Positions 51,528 through 59,665 of a stretch of 59,665 nt of DNA are shown piece after piece; position 1 is the stretch's first letter; each line of letters begins with the position of its first letter. The notes beneath the pieces were generated by a model that saw only the letters and a list, made by a program, of their open reading frames with translations, was not told the origin of the DNA and made no database searches. Made by a program: the position numbers and the translations under genes. This DNA is from Gammaproteobacteria bacterium. Lineage in GTDB: Bacteria; Pseudomonadota; Gammaproteobacteria; SZUA-140. The stretch lies in contig QIGV01000129.1 in the NCBI GenBank assembly GCA_003230085.1, positions 1-59,665 on the forward strand, written 5' to 3'.

Positions 51528-51543
51528 TGGCATAGCAATTGCT
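51528..51543 (+). promoter_or_regulatory. sigma-54 promoter TGGCAT-N5-TTGCT upstream of flgB
   Basis: tggcatagcaattgct has the GG and GC dinucleotides at the canonical -24/-12 spacing. It lies ~26 nt upstream of the flgB start. Confidence 0.75.
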
Positions 51544-51568
51544 CTTTGCCTGATATGGAAATAAATCT

Positions 51569-51976
51569 GTGGAGTCAATTCAGACAGTGAATATCGACAA
51601 GGCATTCGGGATACACGCAAAGGCTTTGGAGTTGGGCGCCCAGCGTGCCCAGGTTTTAGCCGCCAATCTCGCGAATGCCGATACGCCCAACTATAAGGCA
51701 AAAGATATTGATTTCAAGACTGCGCTAACGAATGCCAGTCAGCAGGGAATATCAATGAAGACAACAAACAGTATGCATATCAGCAGCAATTCATCGCCTG
51801 GCACACAGGTTGATACCTATTACCGTAATTCCCAGCAGCCTACGTTGGATGGTAATACAGTGGATTCACAAATCGAGCAGGCTCAGTTCATGGAGAATGC
51901 AATTCGTTATCAGACGACAATAACCTTTCTAAGTGGCAGCGTCAAAGGCCTGCTATCTGCGATCAGAGGAGAATAA
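51569..51976 (+). CDS. flgB: flagellar basal-body rod protein FlgB
   Basis: It carries QVLAANLANADTPNYKAKD and the C-terminal rod motif. The start codon is GTG and the exact start is uncertain. Confidence 0.9.
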   Translation: MESIQTVNIDKAFGIHAKALELGAQRAQVLAANLANADTPNYKAKDIDFKTALTNASQQGISMKTTNSMHISSNSSPGTQVDTYYRNSQQPTLDGNTVDSQIEQAQFMENAIRYQTTITFLSGSVKGLLSAIRGE

Positions 51977-51980
51977 AATA

Positions 51981-52388
51981 ATGTCTTTGTTTAGTGTATT
52001 TGACATATCCGGGTCGGCAATGAGTGCGCAAAATGTGCGTCTGAATACAACGGCAAGCAATCTCGCCAATGCTGACACTGTAAGTAGCAGTGAAGCAGGG
52101 GCCTATCGTTCACGTCAGCCGGTATTTTCAACAGTTTTAAACAGCGCTAATAAAGACATTGCCGGAGTCAAGATTAACGGTATCGTAACCAGTCAGGCGC
52201 CAGTCTACAGAGAATATGCTCCCGAGAATACGATGGCTGATAAGGAAGGCTACATCTATAAATCAAATGTAAATACGGTTGAGGAGATGGCCAACATGAT
52301 ATCTGCATCACGTGCTTATCAAAATAGTGTTGAAGTCATGAAGACATCCAAAGAATTGTTATTGAATACACTGCGTTTGGGGCAGTAG
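51981..52388 (+). CDS. flgC: flagellar basal-body rod protein FlgC
   Basis: It carries MSLFSVFDISGSAMSAQNVRLNTTASNLANADT and the C-terminal SRAYQNSVEVMKT. The start is the ATG at 51981. Confidence 0.95.
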   Translation: MSLFSVFDISGSAMSAQNVRLNTTASNLANADTVSSSEAGAYRSRQPVFSTVLNSANKDIAGVKINGIVTSQAPVYREYAPENTMADKEGYIYKSNVNTVEEMANMISASRAYQNSVEVMKTSKELLLNTLRLGQ

Positions 52389-52418
52389 CTGTAATGGAAA
52401 GGATCAGGAGTAAAGATC

Positions 52419-53096
52419 ATGAATACACTGGATAGTAAGGCACTTGAAGGCCTGGGATTGTCAAGCAGCCAGGCTAATGGACGGGACAACGGGAAGGGCT
52501 CACTTGGCCAGGCGGAATTTCTGAAATTGATGACAGCACAACTGAATAATCAGGACCCCACTAAACCGATGGAAGGTGGTGAGTTCTTTAGTCAAATTGC
52601 ACAATTCAGCACAGTGTCCGGAATGCAGGAGCTACAAAGCAGTTTTGAGCAGGTTGCTTCGGCGATGTATTCGAGCCAGGTACTCCAGGCATCAACCATG
52701 GTCGGGCGATCGGTGTTGGTTCCCACCAGTCAGGCAAATACAGATGGTCAATCTGGAGTTGAAGGTATCGTAGAGTTGCCATCCAGTACTAATAAATTAT
52801 TTATCAATATTTATGACGTCACAGGGCAATTAGTTAACCGTGTCGATATGGGTTCTCGCAACGGTGGTGAGACTACATTTAACTGGGACGGACGAGATGC
52901 AGGCGGAAAAATAGTGCCTGCGGGTAGTTATCAAATCAAAGCGGAGGCACAGTATGGTGGTGAGACTGTCGGGCTAAATACTTACCTGGCTGCCAAAGTC
53001 GAAAGCGTTTCAGTGGGAAGTCAAGGGCAGGGTGTGACATTAAACCTCGCGGGTCAGGGCGCCATGCCGGTTGCCAATATTAAACGGGTAATGTAA
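52419..53096 (+). CDS. flgD: flagellar hook assembly (capping) protein FlgD
   Basis: 225 aa with FLKLMTAQLNNQDPTKPM and a C-terminal FlgD Ig-like domain. Confidence 0.93.
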   Translation: MNTLDSKALEGLGLSSSQANGRDNGKGSLGQAEFLKLMTAQLNNQDPTKPMEGGEFFSQIAQFSTVSGMQELQSSFEQVASAMYSSQVLQASTMVGRSVLVPTSQANTDGQSGVEGIVELPSSTNKLFINIYDVTGQLVNRVDMGSRNGGETTFNWDGRDAGGKIVPAGSYQIKAEAQYGGETVGLNTYLAAKVESVSVGSQGQGVTLNLAGQGAMPVANIKRVM

Positions 53097-53120
53097 TCAA
53101 GGGTAAGAAGGAGAAGGACT

Positions 53121-54737
53121 ATGCCATTTCGTACAGCATTAAGTGGACTTAACGCAGCATCTGCAGAGTTACGGGTAATCGGGAATAATGTGGCAAATGC
53201 GAGCACAACAGGATTCAAAAAATCTCGGGTTGAATTTGCAGATATCTTTGCAACTGCCAACCTTGGTGCGGCATCGAATGCCATCGGTAGTGGTGTCCGA
53301 GTCGGAGATATATCACAACAGTTCTCTCAGGGTAATATTGGTTTTACTGACAATAACCTGGATCTGGCTATCAGTGGCCAGGGATTCTTCCGCCTCAGTG
53401 ATAATGGTCTGTCGGTCTATTCTCGTGCTGGTTCCTTTGGTGTTGACAGGAATGGTTTTATCGTCAATAACCAGGACCAGCGTCTCACTGGATTTATTGC
53501 TGACAGTAGTGGCAACATAAGTGGTGCGCTGGGTGATGTGCAGTTAGATACTTCAGACATAGCGCCACAGGGATCTTCCCGGGTGAGTTATGGTTTGAAT
53601 CTTGATGCCTCGGCATCAATATCAGCGGCGCCCGTGACCACTTCTACTTTTACGTTAGGAAGCGCCGGAGCTAATCCAGTGCTGGATGATGGGGATTCAC
53701 CGATCACGGCTACAGCCATGACGCTAGTGGATGCCTATGGTCAACAAGTGGCAGGTGCTCAGCTGCAATTTACCAATACGGGTGGAAATAACTGGGATAT
53801 TACGATGGCGGGTGCAGGTGGTTCAACGTCGACGGCCTCGATGACGGTTGGTACGACGGGCAGCGTCACCTTGGCCTGGGATCCGGATGGAGCAGGTGGT
53901 GCCCAGAGCAGTAGCAACATCGATATCGATGTTTCTGCTATCACACAAATAACTGGGGGAGGTAACACTGATCTCAGCACCAGTGCCAATGGTTCCGTGC
54001 AGGGGGCCTTTGATCTGACTGACGCCTCAACCTATAACAATTCAACCTCATTGACAGTGTATGACTCTCTAGGTGGCGCAAACCTGGCTACGGTCTACTA
54101 TCGCAAGACGGGCATTCCCAATCAATGGGAAAGCTATTTTACTTTTAATGGTAATCAGATTGCAGGCACGCAAGGGAATGGCTCTGATTTGCTGCAGTTC
54201 CAACCCGATGGCACTTTGTCTCAAATTAACGGCAATCCAACACCACCATCATCGTTTACATCAGCTACATTCAACCCGGGCAATGGCGCTGCAAACATGA
54301 GCCTGACCATGGATTATGCCAGTATCAGTCAATATGGCGGTGGTTTTAATGTCAACTCACTGACTCAGGATGGTTTTTCGACTGGTCGTCTGAGTGGTAT
54401 TGATATTGATAGTTCGGGGGTCATTCTGGCTCGTTTCACTAACGGGCAATCGCGGACACTGGCCCAGATTGCGCTGGCCAATTTCAGTAATTCACAAGGG
54501 TTGACCCAGCAAGGAGATCTTAATTGGGCAGAGAGCTTTGAATCTGGCGCTGCACTTGTAGGCTCACCTGGATCATCCAGTCTGGGACTCATCGAATCCG
54601 GTGCGCTTGAAGGTTCAAACGTAGATCTGACTGAGCAGTTGGTTAACATGATTACGGCACAGAGAAATTTTCAGGCTAATGCACAGGTGATTTCAACGGC
54701 AGATACGATTACCCAGGCCATTATTAATATCAGGTAA
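53121..54737 (+). CDS. flgE: flagellar hook protein FlgE
   Basis: 538 aa. The termini are conserved (MPFRTALSGLNAASAELRVIGNNVAN ... MITAQRNFQANAQVISTAD). The central domain is long, variable and rich in G/S/T/A. Confidence 0.95.
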   Translation: MPFRTALSGLNAASAELRVIGNNVANASTTGFKKSRVEFADIFATANLGAASNAIGSGVRVGDISQQFSQGNIGFTDNNLDLAISGQGFFRLSDNGLSVYSRAGSFGVDRNGFIVNNQDQRLTGFIADSSGNISGALGDVQLDTSDIAPQGSSRVSYGLNLDASASISAAPVTTSTFTLGSAGANPVLDDGDSPITATAMTLVDAYGQQVAGAQLQFTNTGGNNWDITMAGAGGSTSTASMTVGTTGSVTLAWDPDGAGGAQSSSNIDIDVSAITQITGGGNTDLSTSANGSVQGAFDLTDASTYNNSTSLTVYDSLGGANLATVYYRKTGIPNQWESYFTFNGNQIAGTQGNGSDLLQFQPDGTLSQINGNPTPPSSFTSATFNPGNGAANMSLTMDYASISQYGGGFNVNSLTQDGFSTGRLSGIDIDSSGVILARFTNGQSRTLAQIALANFSNSQGLTQQGDLNWAESFESGAALVGSPGSSSLGLIESGALEGSNVDLTEQLVNMITAQRNFQANAQVISTADTITQAIINIR

Positions 54738-54783
54738 TGGGCAAAAGTAAGCGCAAAGTCTTAGAAAATAAGGGATAGAATCA

Positions 54784-55527
54784 ATGGACCACATGTTATA
54801 CGTCGCAATGTCTGGCGCCAAGCAGATGATGGTGGCACAGGCTATCAACACAAATAATCTTGTGAATGCCAATACGACAGGGTTCAGAGAGGATCTGGCC
54901 TTGTTCGAAAGCAGGCCGGTGCAGGGGCCTGGATTACCAACACGTGTCAATGCCATGACCGTTGAAAAGGGATTCAATACTATGCAAGGACCCTTGACTG
55001 AGACCGGACGCGATTTGGATATTGCGATCAGTGGTGATGGCTGGATTGCAGTGCAGACGCCGGATGGCGGTGAATCATATACTCGTGCAGGAAATCTTCA
55101 CATTACCTCACTAGGTACACTAGTTACCGCAAATGGGTCGGCTGTGCTCGGTAATAGTGGCGGTCCCATCGCCATACCACCGGCGGAGAAAGTGGAAATC
55201 GGTAGCGATGGAACAATCTCTGTCCGTCCGCTGGGGCAAAGCCCCCAGTCATTAGCCATCATTGACCGGATCAAGTTGGTCAACCCGGATGTCAGCCAAA
55301 TGACCAAGGGTACTGATGGAAATATACGGCTCAGGAATGAAGCTGTGGCAGTTCCAGATGCCTCGGTCAGCGTTATCAAGGGCTCCCTTGAAATGAGTAA
55401 TGTCAATGCGATCGATGCCATGGTGAATATGATCTCACTGGCCAGGCAGTACGAAATGAGTATCAAGCTGATGAATACTGCCAAAGAAAATGATGCTGCG
55501 TCAGCACAGCTGATGAAAATTTCATAA
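54784..55527 (+). CDS. flgF: flagellar basal-body rod protein FlgF
   Basis: 247 aa with MDHMLYVAMSGAKQMM..QAINTNNLVNANTTGF and the C-terminal rod motif. Confidence 0.93.
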   Translation: MDHMLYVAMSGAKQMMVAQAINTNNLVNANTTGFREDLALFESRPVQGPGLPTRVNAMTVEKGFNTMQGPLTETGRDLDIAISGDGWIAVQTPDGGESYTRAGNLHITSLGTLVTANGSAVLGNSGGPIAIPPAEKVEIGSDGTISVRPLGQSPQSLAIIDRIKLVNPDVSQMTKGTDGNIRLRNEAVAVPDASVSVIKGSLEMSNVNAIDAMVNMISLARQYEMSIKLMNTAKENDAASAQLMKIS

Positions 55528-55553
55528 CTGAATTCAGTATAGAGGAAATTGAA

Positions 55554-56339
55554 ATGAGCCAAGCACTATGGATTGCCAAGACCGGTCTTCAGGCCATGCA
55601 GACCAAGATGTCTGTAATTACCAATAACCTGGCTAACACCAATACGTCCGGTTATAAAAAGAGCCGGGCAGTATTTGCAGATTTACTGTATCAGAATGTA
55701 CGTCAGGCAGGTGCACAGTCGTCACAAAATGCACGTTTTCCATCTGGCCTGAATCTGGGCACTGGTGTCAAGACACTGGCTACTGAAAAAATATTTACCC
55801 AGGGTAATATCGTCGAAACCGAGAACCCGATGGATCTTGCTGTTCAGGGGAAAGGTTTCTTCCAGGTCCTGCAACCCGATGGCACGTTGTCGTATACCCG
55901 GGATGGTTCCTTTCAACTGGATCAAAACGGTCAGATGGTGACTTCAAATGGTCTGCAGGTTCAGCCTGCAATCACCATTCCCAGCGATGCTATCAATATT
56001 ACGATTGGCTACGACGGGGCGGTTAGTATTACCACGCAGGGCACCACAACACCGAGTACTGTTGGCACGATACAATTGGCGAATTTTGTCAATCCGGGGG
56101 GGCTGCAGCCTATGGGTGACAATTTATATCTTGAGACCGCATCCAGCGGATCGCCACAAACCGGAGATCCTGGCCAGAATGGCGCCGGCACTTTGCTACA
56201 GGGCTCCCTGGAAACATCGAATGTTAATGTCATTGAGTCCCTTGTGGACATGATCGAGACCCAGCGTCGCTATGAAATGGTATCCAAGGCAATCCAGGCC
56301 AGTGACAAAATGTGGGAGTATGTGAATAATAATCTCTAA
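55554..56339 (+). CDS. flgG: flagellar distal rod protein FlgG
   Basis: 261 aa with ALWIAKTGLQAMQTKMSVITNNLANTNTSGYK and the C-terminal LETSNVNVIESLVDMIETQRRYE. Confidence 0.96.
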   Translation: MSQALWIAKTGLQAMQTKMSVITNNLANTNTSGYKKSRAVFADLLYQNVRQAGAQSSQNARFPSGLNLGTGVKTLATEKIFTQGNIVETENPMDLAVQGKGFFQVLQPDGTLSYTRDGSFQLDQNGQMVTSNGLQVQPAITIPSDAINITIGYDGAVSITTQGTTTPSTVGTIQLANFVNPGGLQPMGDNLYLETASSGSPQTGDPGQNGAGTLLQGSLETSNVNVIESLVDMIETQRRYEMVSKAIQASDKMWEYVNNNL

Positions 56340-56388
56340 TTAATGGATCATATCCTCCAGGGGCTATGTCCAGCGGAGTGCACAGGTA

Positions 56389-57093
56389 ATGAAAATGAAT
56401 AATTCCAAGCTTTTAATAACACTAGCGCTCATGATCGTTGTGATCACAGGATGCGCTACTAATCCTGGGCAGGTGCAAGAAGAACCAGTAACAAAAACCT
56501 TTACGCTGCCAGAACCACCTCCCAAAGAAGACAATGGCTCGATTTATCAGGCAGGCTACAGTACGGCTATATTCGAGGATGTACGCGCTCGTCATGTGGG
56601 CGATATTCTAACGATTGTTTTGAATGAGGAAACCAGGGCCAGTAAATCAGCCAGTACCTCGACGAGTAAAGACAATTCTATCGGTGTTGATAACCCAACA
56701 TTATTCGGCCTTCCCTTATCGCTTAACACGATCAGCAAAGGCAAGTTATCTAATTTTGAGCAGAGACTGAGTTCGGAAAAATCCTTCGAGGGTGAGGGGT
56801 CGAGTGATCAAAGCAATCGTCTGACTGGCAGTATACAGGTGATGGTTGTCGAAGTCCTACCCAACAGAATCCTCAGGATCGAAGGCGAGAAAATTATCGC
56901 TATCAATCAGGGTGATGAAAAGGTGAGGATTACTGGTTTAGTAAGGCTGCAGGATATCAGTACGGATAATATTATATCCTCGACACAAGTGGCCAATGCC
57001 GTGATTACCTATGGTGGCACAGGCGTGTTGGCAGATTCTAATGATATGGGCTGGCTAGCTAAAATGATCAATGGTAAATGGTTCCCATTTTAA
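56389..57093 (+). CDS. flgH: flagellar L-ring lipoprotein FlgH
   Basis: 234 aa with lipobox VITGC and a conserved core (FEDVRARHVGDILTIVLNE). Confidence 0.95.
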   Translation: MKMNNSKLLITLALMIVVITGCATNPGQVQEEPVTKTFTLPEPPPKEDNGSIYQAGYSTAIFEDVRARHVGDILTIVLNEETRASKSASTSTSKDNSIGVDNPTLFGLPLSLNTISKGKLSNFEQRLSSEKSFEGEGSSDQSNRLTGSIQVMVVEVLPNRILRIEGEKIIAINQGDEKVRITGLVRLQDISTDNIISSTQVANAVITYGGTGVLADSNDMGWLAKMINGKWFPF

Positions 57094-57130
57094 GTGTGCC
57101 GACGCTTTCAGGATTTAAAGGATACAGGAA

Positions 57131-58246
57131 ATGAGATTTAGACCAGGTAAAACAGGACTAATCATGTTGATCACATTCCTGCTCATCAGCGGGTCGGCGT
57201 TAGGGGAAAGAATAAAAGATCTGGCGTCTATCGCTGGGGTGCGTGATAACCAACTAGTGGGGTACGGGTTGGTTGTCGGCCTGGATGGTACGGGCGATTT
57301 GACCACGCAAATTCCCTTTGTTGCCCAATCTCTGAAAAATATGTTGCTTCAGTATGGTGTCGCTGTGCCGAGCAATTCCAATCCGCAACTCAAGAATGTA
57401 GCTGGAGTGATGGTGCACGCCACACTACCAGCCTTTGGTAAACCCGGGCAGACTATAGATGTTACGGTTTCTTCGGTTGGTAATGCAAAAAGCCTGCGTG
57501 GTGGTAGTCTGTTGATGACGCCATTAAAAGCGGTGAACGGTGATGTTTATGCCATTGCTCAAGGTAACCTGGTGGTGGGAGGTCTGGGCGTGGCCGGCAG
57601 TGACGGCTCCAGGGTATCTATCAATATTCCCAGTGTCGGTAGAATTCCCAATGGCGCTACCATCGAGCGTCTCTCACCGACGCCTTTTGGCACTGAAGAC
57701 GCCATTGTTTTTAATCTGCGCAGTTCTGATTTTACAACTTCCAAGCGTATAGCAGATGTGATCAACACAACCATTGGCGCGGGCACTTCTTATCCGATTG
57801 ACAGCTCATCTGTACATGTCAGCGCTCCTCGATCACCGGCGCAGCGGGTATCATTTGTATCTATGCTGGAGAACCTGACATTGGAGCCCGGTGAGGCATC
57901 GGCCAGGGTGATTATCAATTCACGCTCGGGTACGGTCGTCATCGGTCGGCATGTCAGAGTAACCGCCGCCGCAGTTTCTCATGGCAGCTTGACCGTGACG
58001 ATTACAGAAAGACAACAGGTTAGCCAGCCTGGCGCATTGTCGGGCGGCAATACGGTCGTTGTGCCTACGTCAGATATTCAGGTTGAACAGGATCAAAGCC
58101 ATATGTTCCTGTTTGAGCCCGGTGTATCGCTCAATGAACTCGTCCGCGCGGTCAATCAGGTCGGGGCGGCGCCGGGTGATCTCGTCGCCATCCTTGAGGC
58201 GCTTAAGGAAGCAGGCGCACTACGTGCAGAACTGATCGTCATATAG
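57131..58246 (+). CDS. flgI: flagellar P-ring protein FlgI
   Basis: 371 aa with a signal peptide and [30 protein letters not shown]. Confidence 0.96.
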   Translation: MRFRPGKTGLIMLITFLLISGSALGERIKDLASIAGVRDNQLVGYGLVVGLDGTGDLTTQIPFVAQSLKNMLLQYGVAVPSNSNPQLKNVAGVMVHATLPAFGKPGQTIDVTVSSVGNAKSLRGGSLLMTPLKAVNGDVYAIAQGNLVVGGLGVAGSDGSRVSINIPSVGRIPNGATIERLSPTPFGTEDAIVFNLRSSDFTTSKRIADVINTTIGAGTSYPIDSSSVHVSAPRSPAQRVSFVSMLENLTLEPGEASARVIINSRSGTVVIGRHVRVTAAAVSHGSLTVTITERQQVSQPGALSGGNTVVVPTSDIQVEQDQSHMFLFEPGVSLNELVRAVNQVGAAPGDLVAILEALKEAGALRAELIVI

Positions 58247-58291
58247 TGCTGTAGTGAAATTGCTGAACAATCAATGCAACAGGAATGACCC

Positions 58292-59149
58292 ATGACACCA
58301 GGTTTATCAACAGCTGCTCTATATACTGATCTGCAGGGATTGTCTCAATTGCGGGTAGAAGCCCGTGAAGAAACGCCGGATGCTATTAAAGCAGTAGCGA
58401 AGGAGTTCGAAGCCATTTTTATGCAGATGATGTTGAAAAGTATGCGGGATGCCAGTTTGGGAGAAGGGCTGTTGGATAGTGATCAGGGGAAATTCTATCA
58501 GGAGATGTTCGATAAGCAGATTGCCACATCTCTATCCAGAGAACAGGGTATGGGTTTGGCAGATATCATGGTCAGACAGCTCAGCAGGGGAAAGGATAGC
58601 AAACAGCCTGGAGAGGTATTAGCAGCTTCGGGAGCGCAAAAAACAACGCCTTCTTTTACGTCACCCACCGATTTTATCAATAAATTAACTGATATGGCCA
58701 AATCCATTGGCAAGAAATTAGGTGTGTCGCCGAAGGCACTATTGGCGCAATCTGCACTGGAGACCGGATGGGGTCAGAATGTGATGAGAAAACCTGATGG
58801 TGGCAGCAGTCACAATCTTTTTGGGATCAAGGCTGACCAACGTTGGGACGGAGATAAGGTAGTAACCACCACGCTAGAATATTCCGAAGGCGTAGCAGAA
58901 AAAGAACAGGCCAGTTTCAGGTCCTATCAGTCCTATGAAGAAAGTTTTGAAGACTACGCACAATTTATAATGGCTAATCCCAGGTACGAAAAAGTACTGC
59001 AAAGTGGCCAGGACCCTGCTGCTTACGCCAGATCATTGCAGCAGGCGGGCTATGCTACTGATCCAGATTATGCGCGAAAAATAAATAGTATTATGCAGAA
59101 TGAAATTTTCCAGCAGGTTCAATATGTGGCGAACGATCAGCATGAATAA
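58292..59149 (+). CDS. flgJ: flagellar rod-assembly protein / peptidoglycan hydrolase FlgJ
   Basis: 285 aa. An N-terminal rod-binding domain (AKEFEAIFMQMMLKSMR) is followed by a C-terminal glucosaminidase domain (ALLAQSALETGWG ... NLFGIKA). Confidence 0.92.
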   Translation: MTPGLSTAALYTDLQGLSQLRVEAREETPDAIKAVAKEFEAIFMQMMLKSMRDASLGEGLLDSDQGKFYQEMFDKQIATSLSREQGMGLADIMVRQLSRGKDSKQPGEVLAASGAQKTTPSFTSPTDFINKLTDMAKSIGKKLGVSPKALLAQSALETGWGQNVMRKPDGGSSHNLFGIKADQRWDGDKVVTTTLEYSEGVAEKEQASFRSYQSYEESFEDYAQFIMANPRYEKVLQSGQDPAAYARSLQQAGYATDPDYARKINSIMQNEIFQQVQYVANDQHE

Positions 59150-59196
59150 TTCAGAGTATTTATTTGGCTTTATCGGCATAGCGCTATCAGAGGAGT

Positions 59197-59665
59197 GTGG
59201 CTGATGGCTGTCTGCTGTCATTGCAGCGGGCATTGGCTGTTACTTCGCAAAATATTGCCAATGTTAATACTGAAGGATATAGCCGTCAACAGGTGGAATT
59301 TAGTGCCAGAGCACCACAGGCAAATGGTGGTGGGTTTATCGGGACAGGCGTCTATGTTAATTCTGTTGATCGTGTCTATGATGATTTTATAACACAACAG
59401 ATCCGGGCCAATAGTTCAGGATTTAACCAGGCGCAGCAATTTAATGTGCTATCAAGGCAGGTAGATAGTCTGTTGGCAGATCCGCAGGCTGGTTTGATGT
59501 CAGCTTTACAGGGCTTTTTCAATGCGGTCCAGGGAGTAGCTGACGACCCGTCTTCCAGTGCAGCACGACAGGTCATGGTCAGTGAAGCACAGAGCCTTGA
59601 GGCGCGTTTTGGATATCTTGATCAACGCCTGGCGTCTTTAGGTGATAGCGCTAATATTGGTGTTA
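59197..59665 (+). CDS. flgK: flagellar hook-associated protein 1 FlgK (5' part; runs off the window)
   Basis: An open frame, absent from the ORF track because it has no stop, reads ...LLSLQRALAVTSQNIANVNTEGYSRQQVEF...DDFITQQIRANSS.... This is the conserved FlgK N-terminus. The only in-frame start is a GTG at 59197, placed 1 nt after GGAG, so the start is uncertain. Confidence 0.8.
   Translation, partial: MADGCLLSLQRALAVTSQNIANVNTEGYSRQQVEFSARAPQANGGGFIGTGVYVNSVDRVYDDFITQQIRANSSGFNQAQQFNVLSRQVDSLLADPQAGLMSALQGFFNAVQGVADDPSSSAARQVMVSEAQSLEARFGYLDQRLASLGDSANIGV

Noticed and set aside
59166-59180. TGGCTT-N5-GCAT (sigma-54-like) and TTATCGGC (the reverse complement of a sigma-28 -10) in the flgJ-flgK spacer.
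   Set aside because: The GG/GC spacing is two nt too short for sigma-54. The sigma-28-like -10 points away from flgK and has no matching -35.

Overview
A 59.7 kb chromosomal window, about 48-50% GC by eye, from a motile, CO2-fixing gammaproteobacterium. It resembles a sulfur- or ammonia-oxidising chemolithoautotroph, but no genus can be assigned from sequence alone. The backbone is housekeeping and runs in blocks collinear with the enterobacterial gene order. These blocks are orn-queG-nnr-tsaE-amiB-mutL, trxB-(ald)-ftsK-lolA-rarA, aat-infA-clpA-clpS, and icd-nudJ-mnmA-hflD-purB. serS and cysG follow. Then come tRNA-Ser(UGA) and a non-carboxysomal form IA RuBisCO locus, cbbR / cbbL-cbbS-orf-cbbQ-cbbO. 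The window ends with a Vibrio/Pseudomonas-type flagellar cluster: cheY-like, flgN-flgM-flgA / cheV-cheR / flgBCDEFGHIJ and a partial flgK. Several accessory insertions interrupt the backbone. They are a triheme cytochrome coupled to queG, a membrane-anchored acidic coiled-coil protein, crcB-DUF190 fused onto rarA, an orphan PilZ, a four-gene exported lipid-remodelling block (cti, PLD, DUF5329, EEP), and a periplasmic ankyrin protein. The best hunting result lies between the RuBisCO and flagellar clusters on the minus strand. A near-consensus sigma-28 (FliA) promoter is followed by a clear c-di-GMP-I (GEMM-I) riboswitch aptamer. Next comes a 9-bp helix that pairs an upstream complementary segment with the Shine-Dalgarno (SD) sequence. 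Downstream are a secreted protein of unknown family and a 154-aa unknown protein. Other points of interest are an unknown acidic-tailed gene between cbbS and cbbQ, a perfect (CTC)10 microsatellite followed by an intrinsic terminator, three different palindromic repeat structures, and an inverted duplication of the ald 3' end. No CRISPR array, transposase, integrase, phage genes or recognisable defence system were seen.
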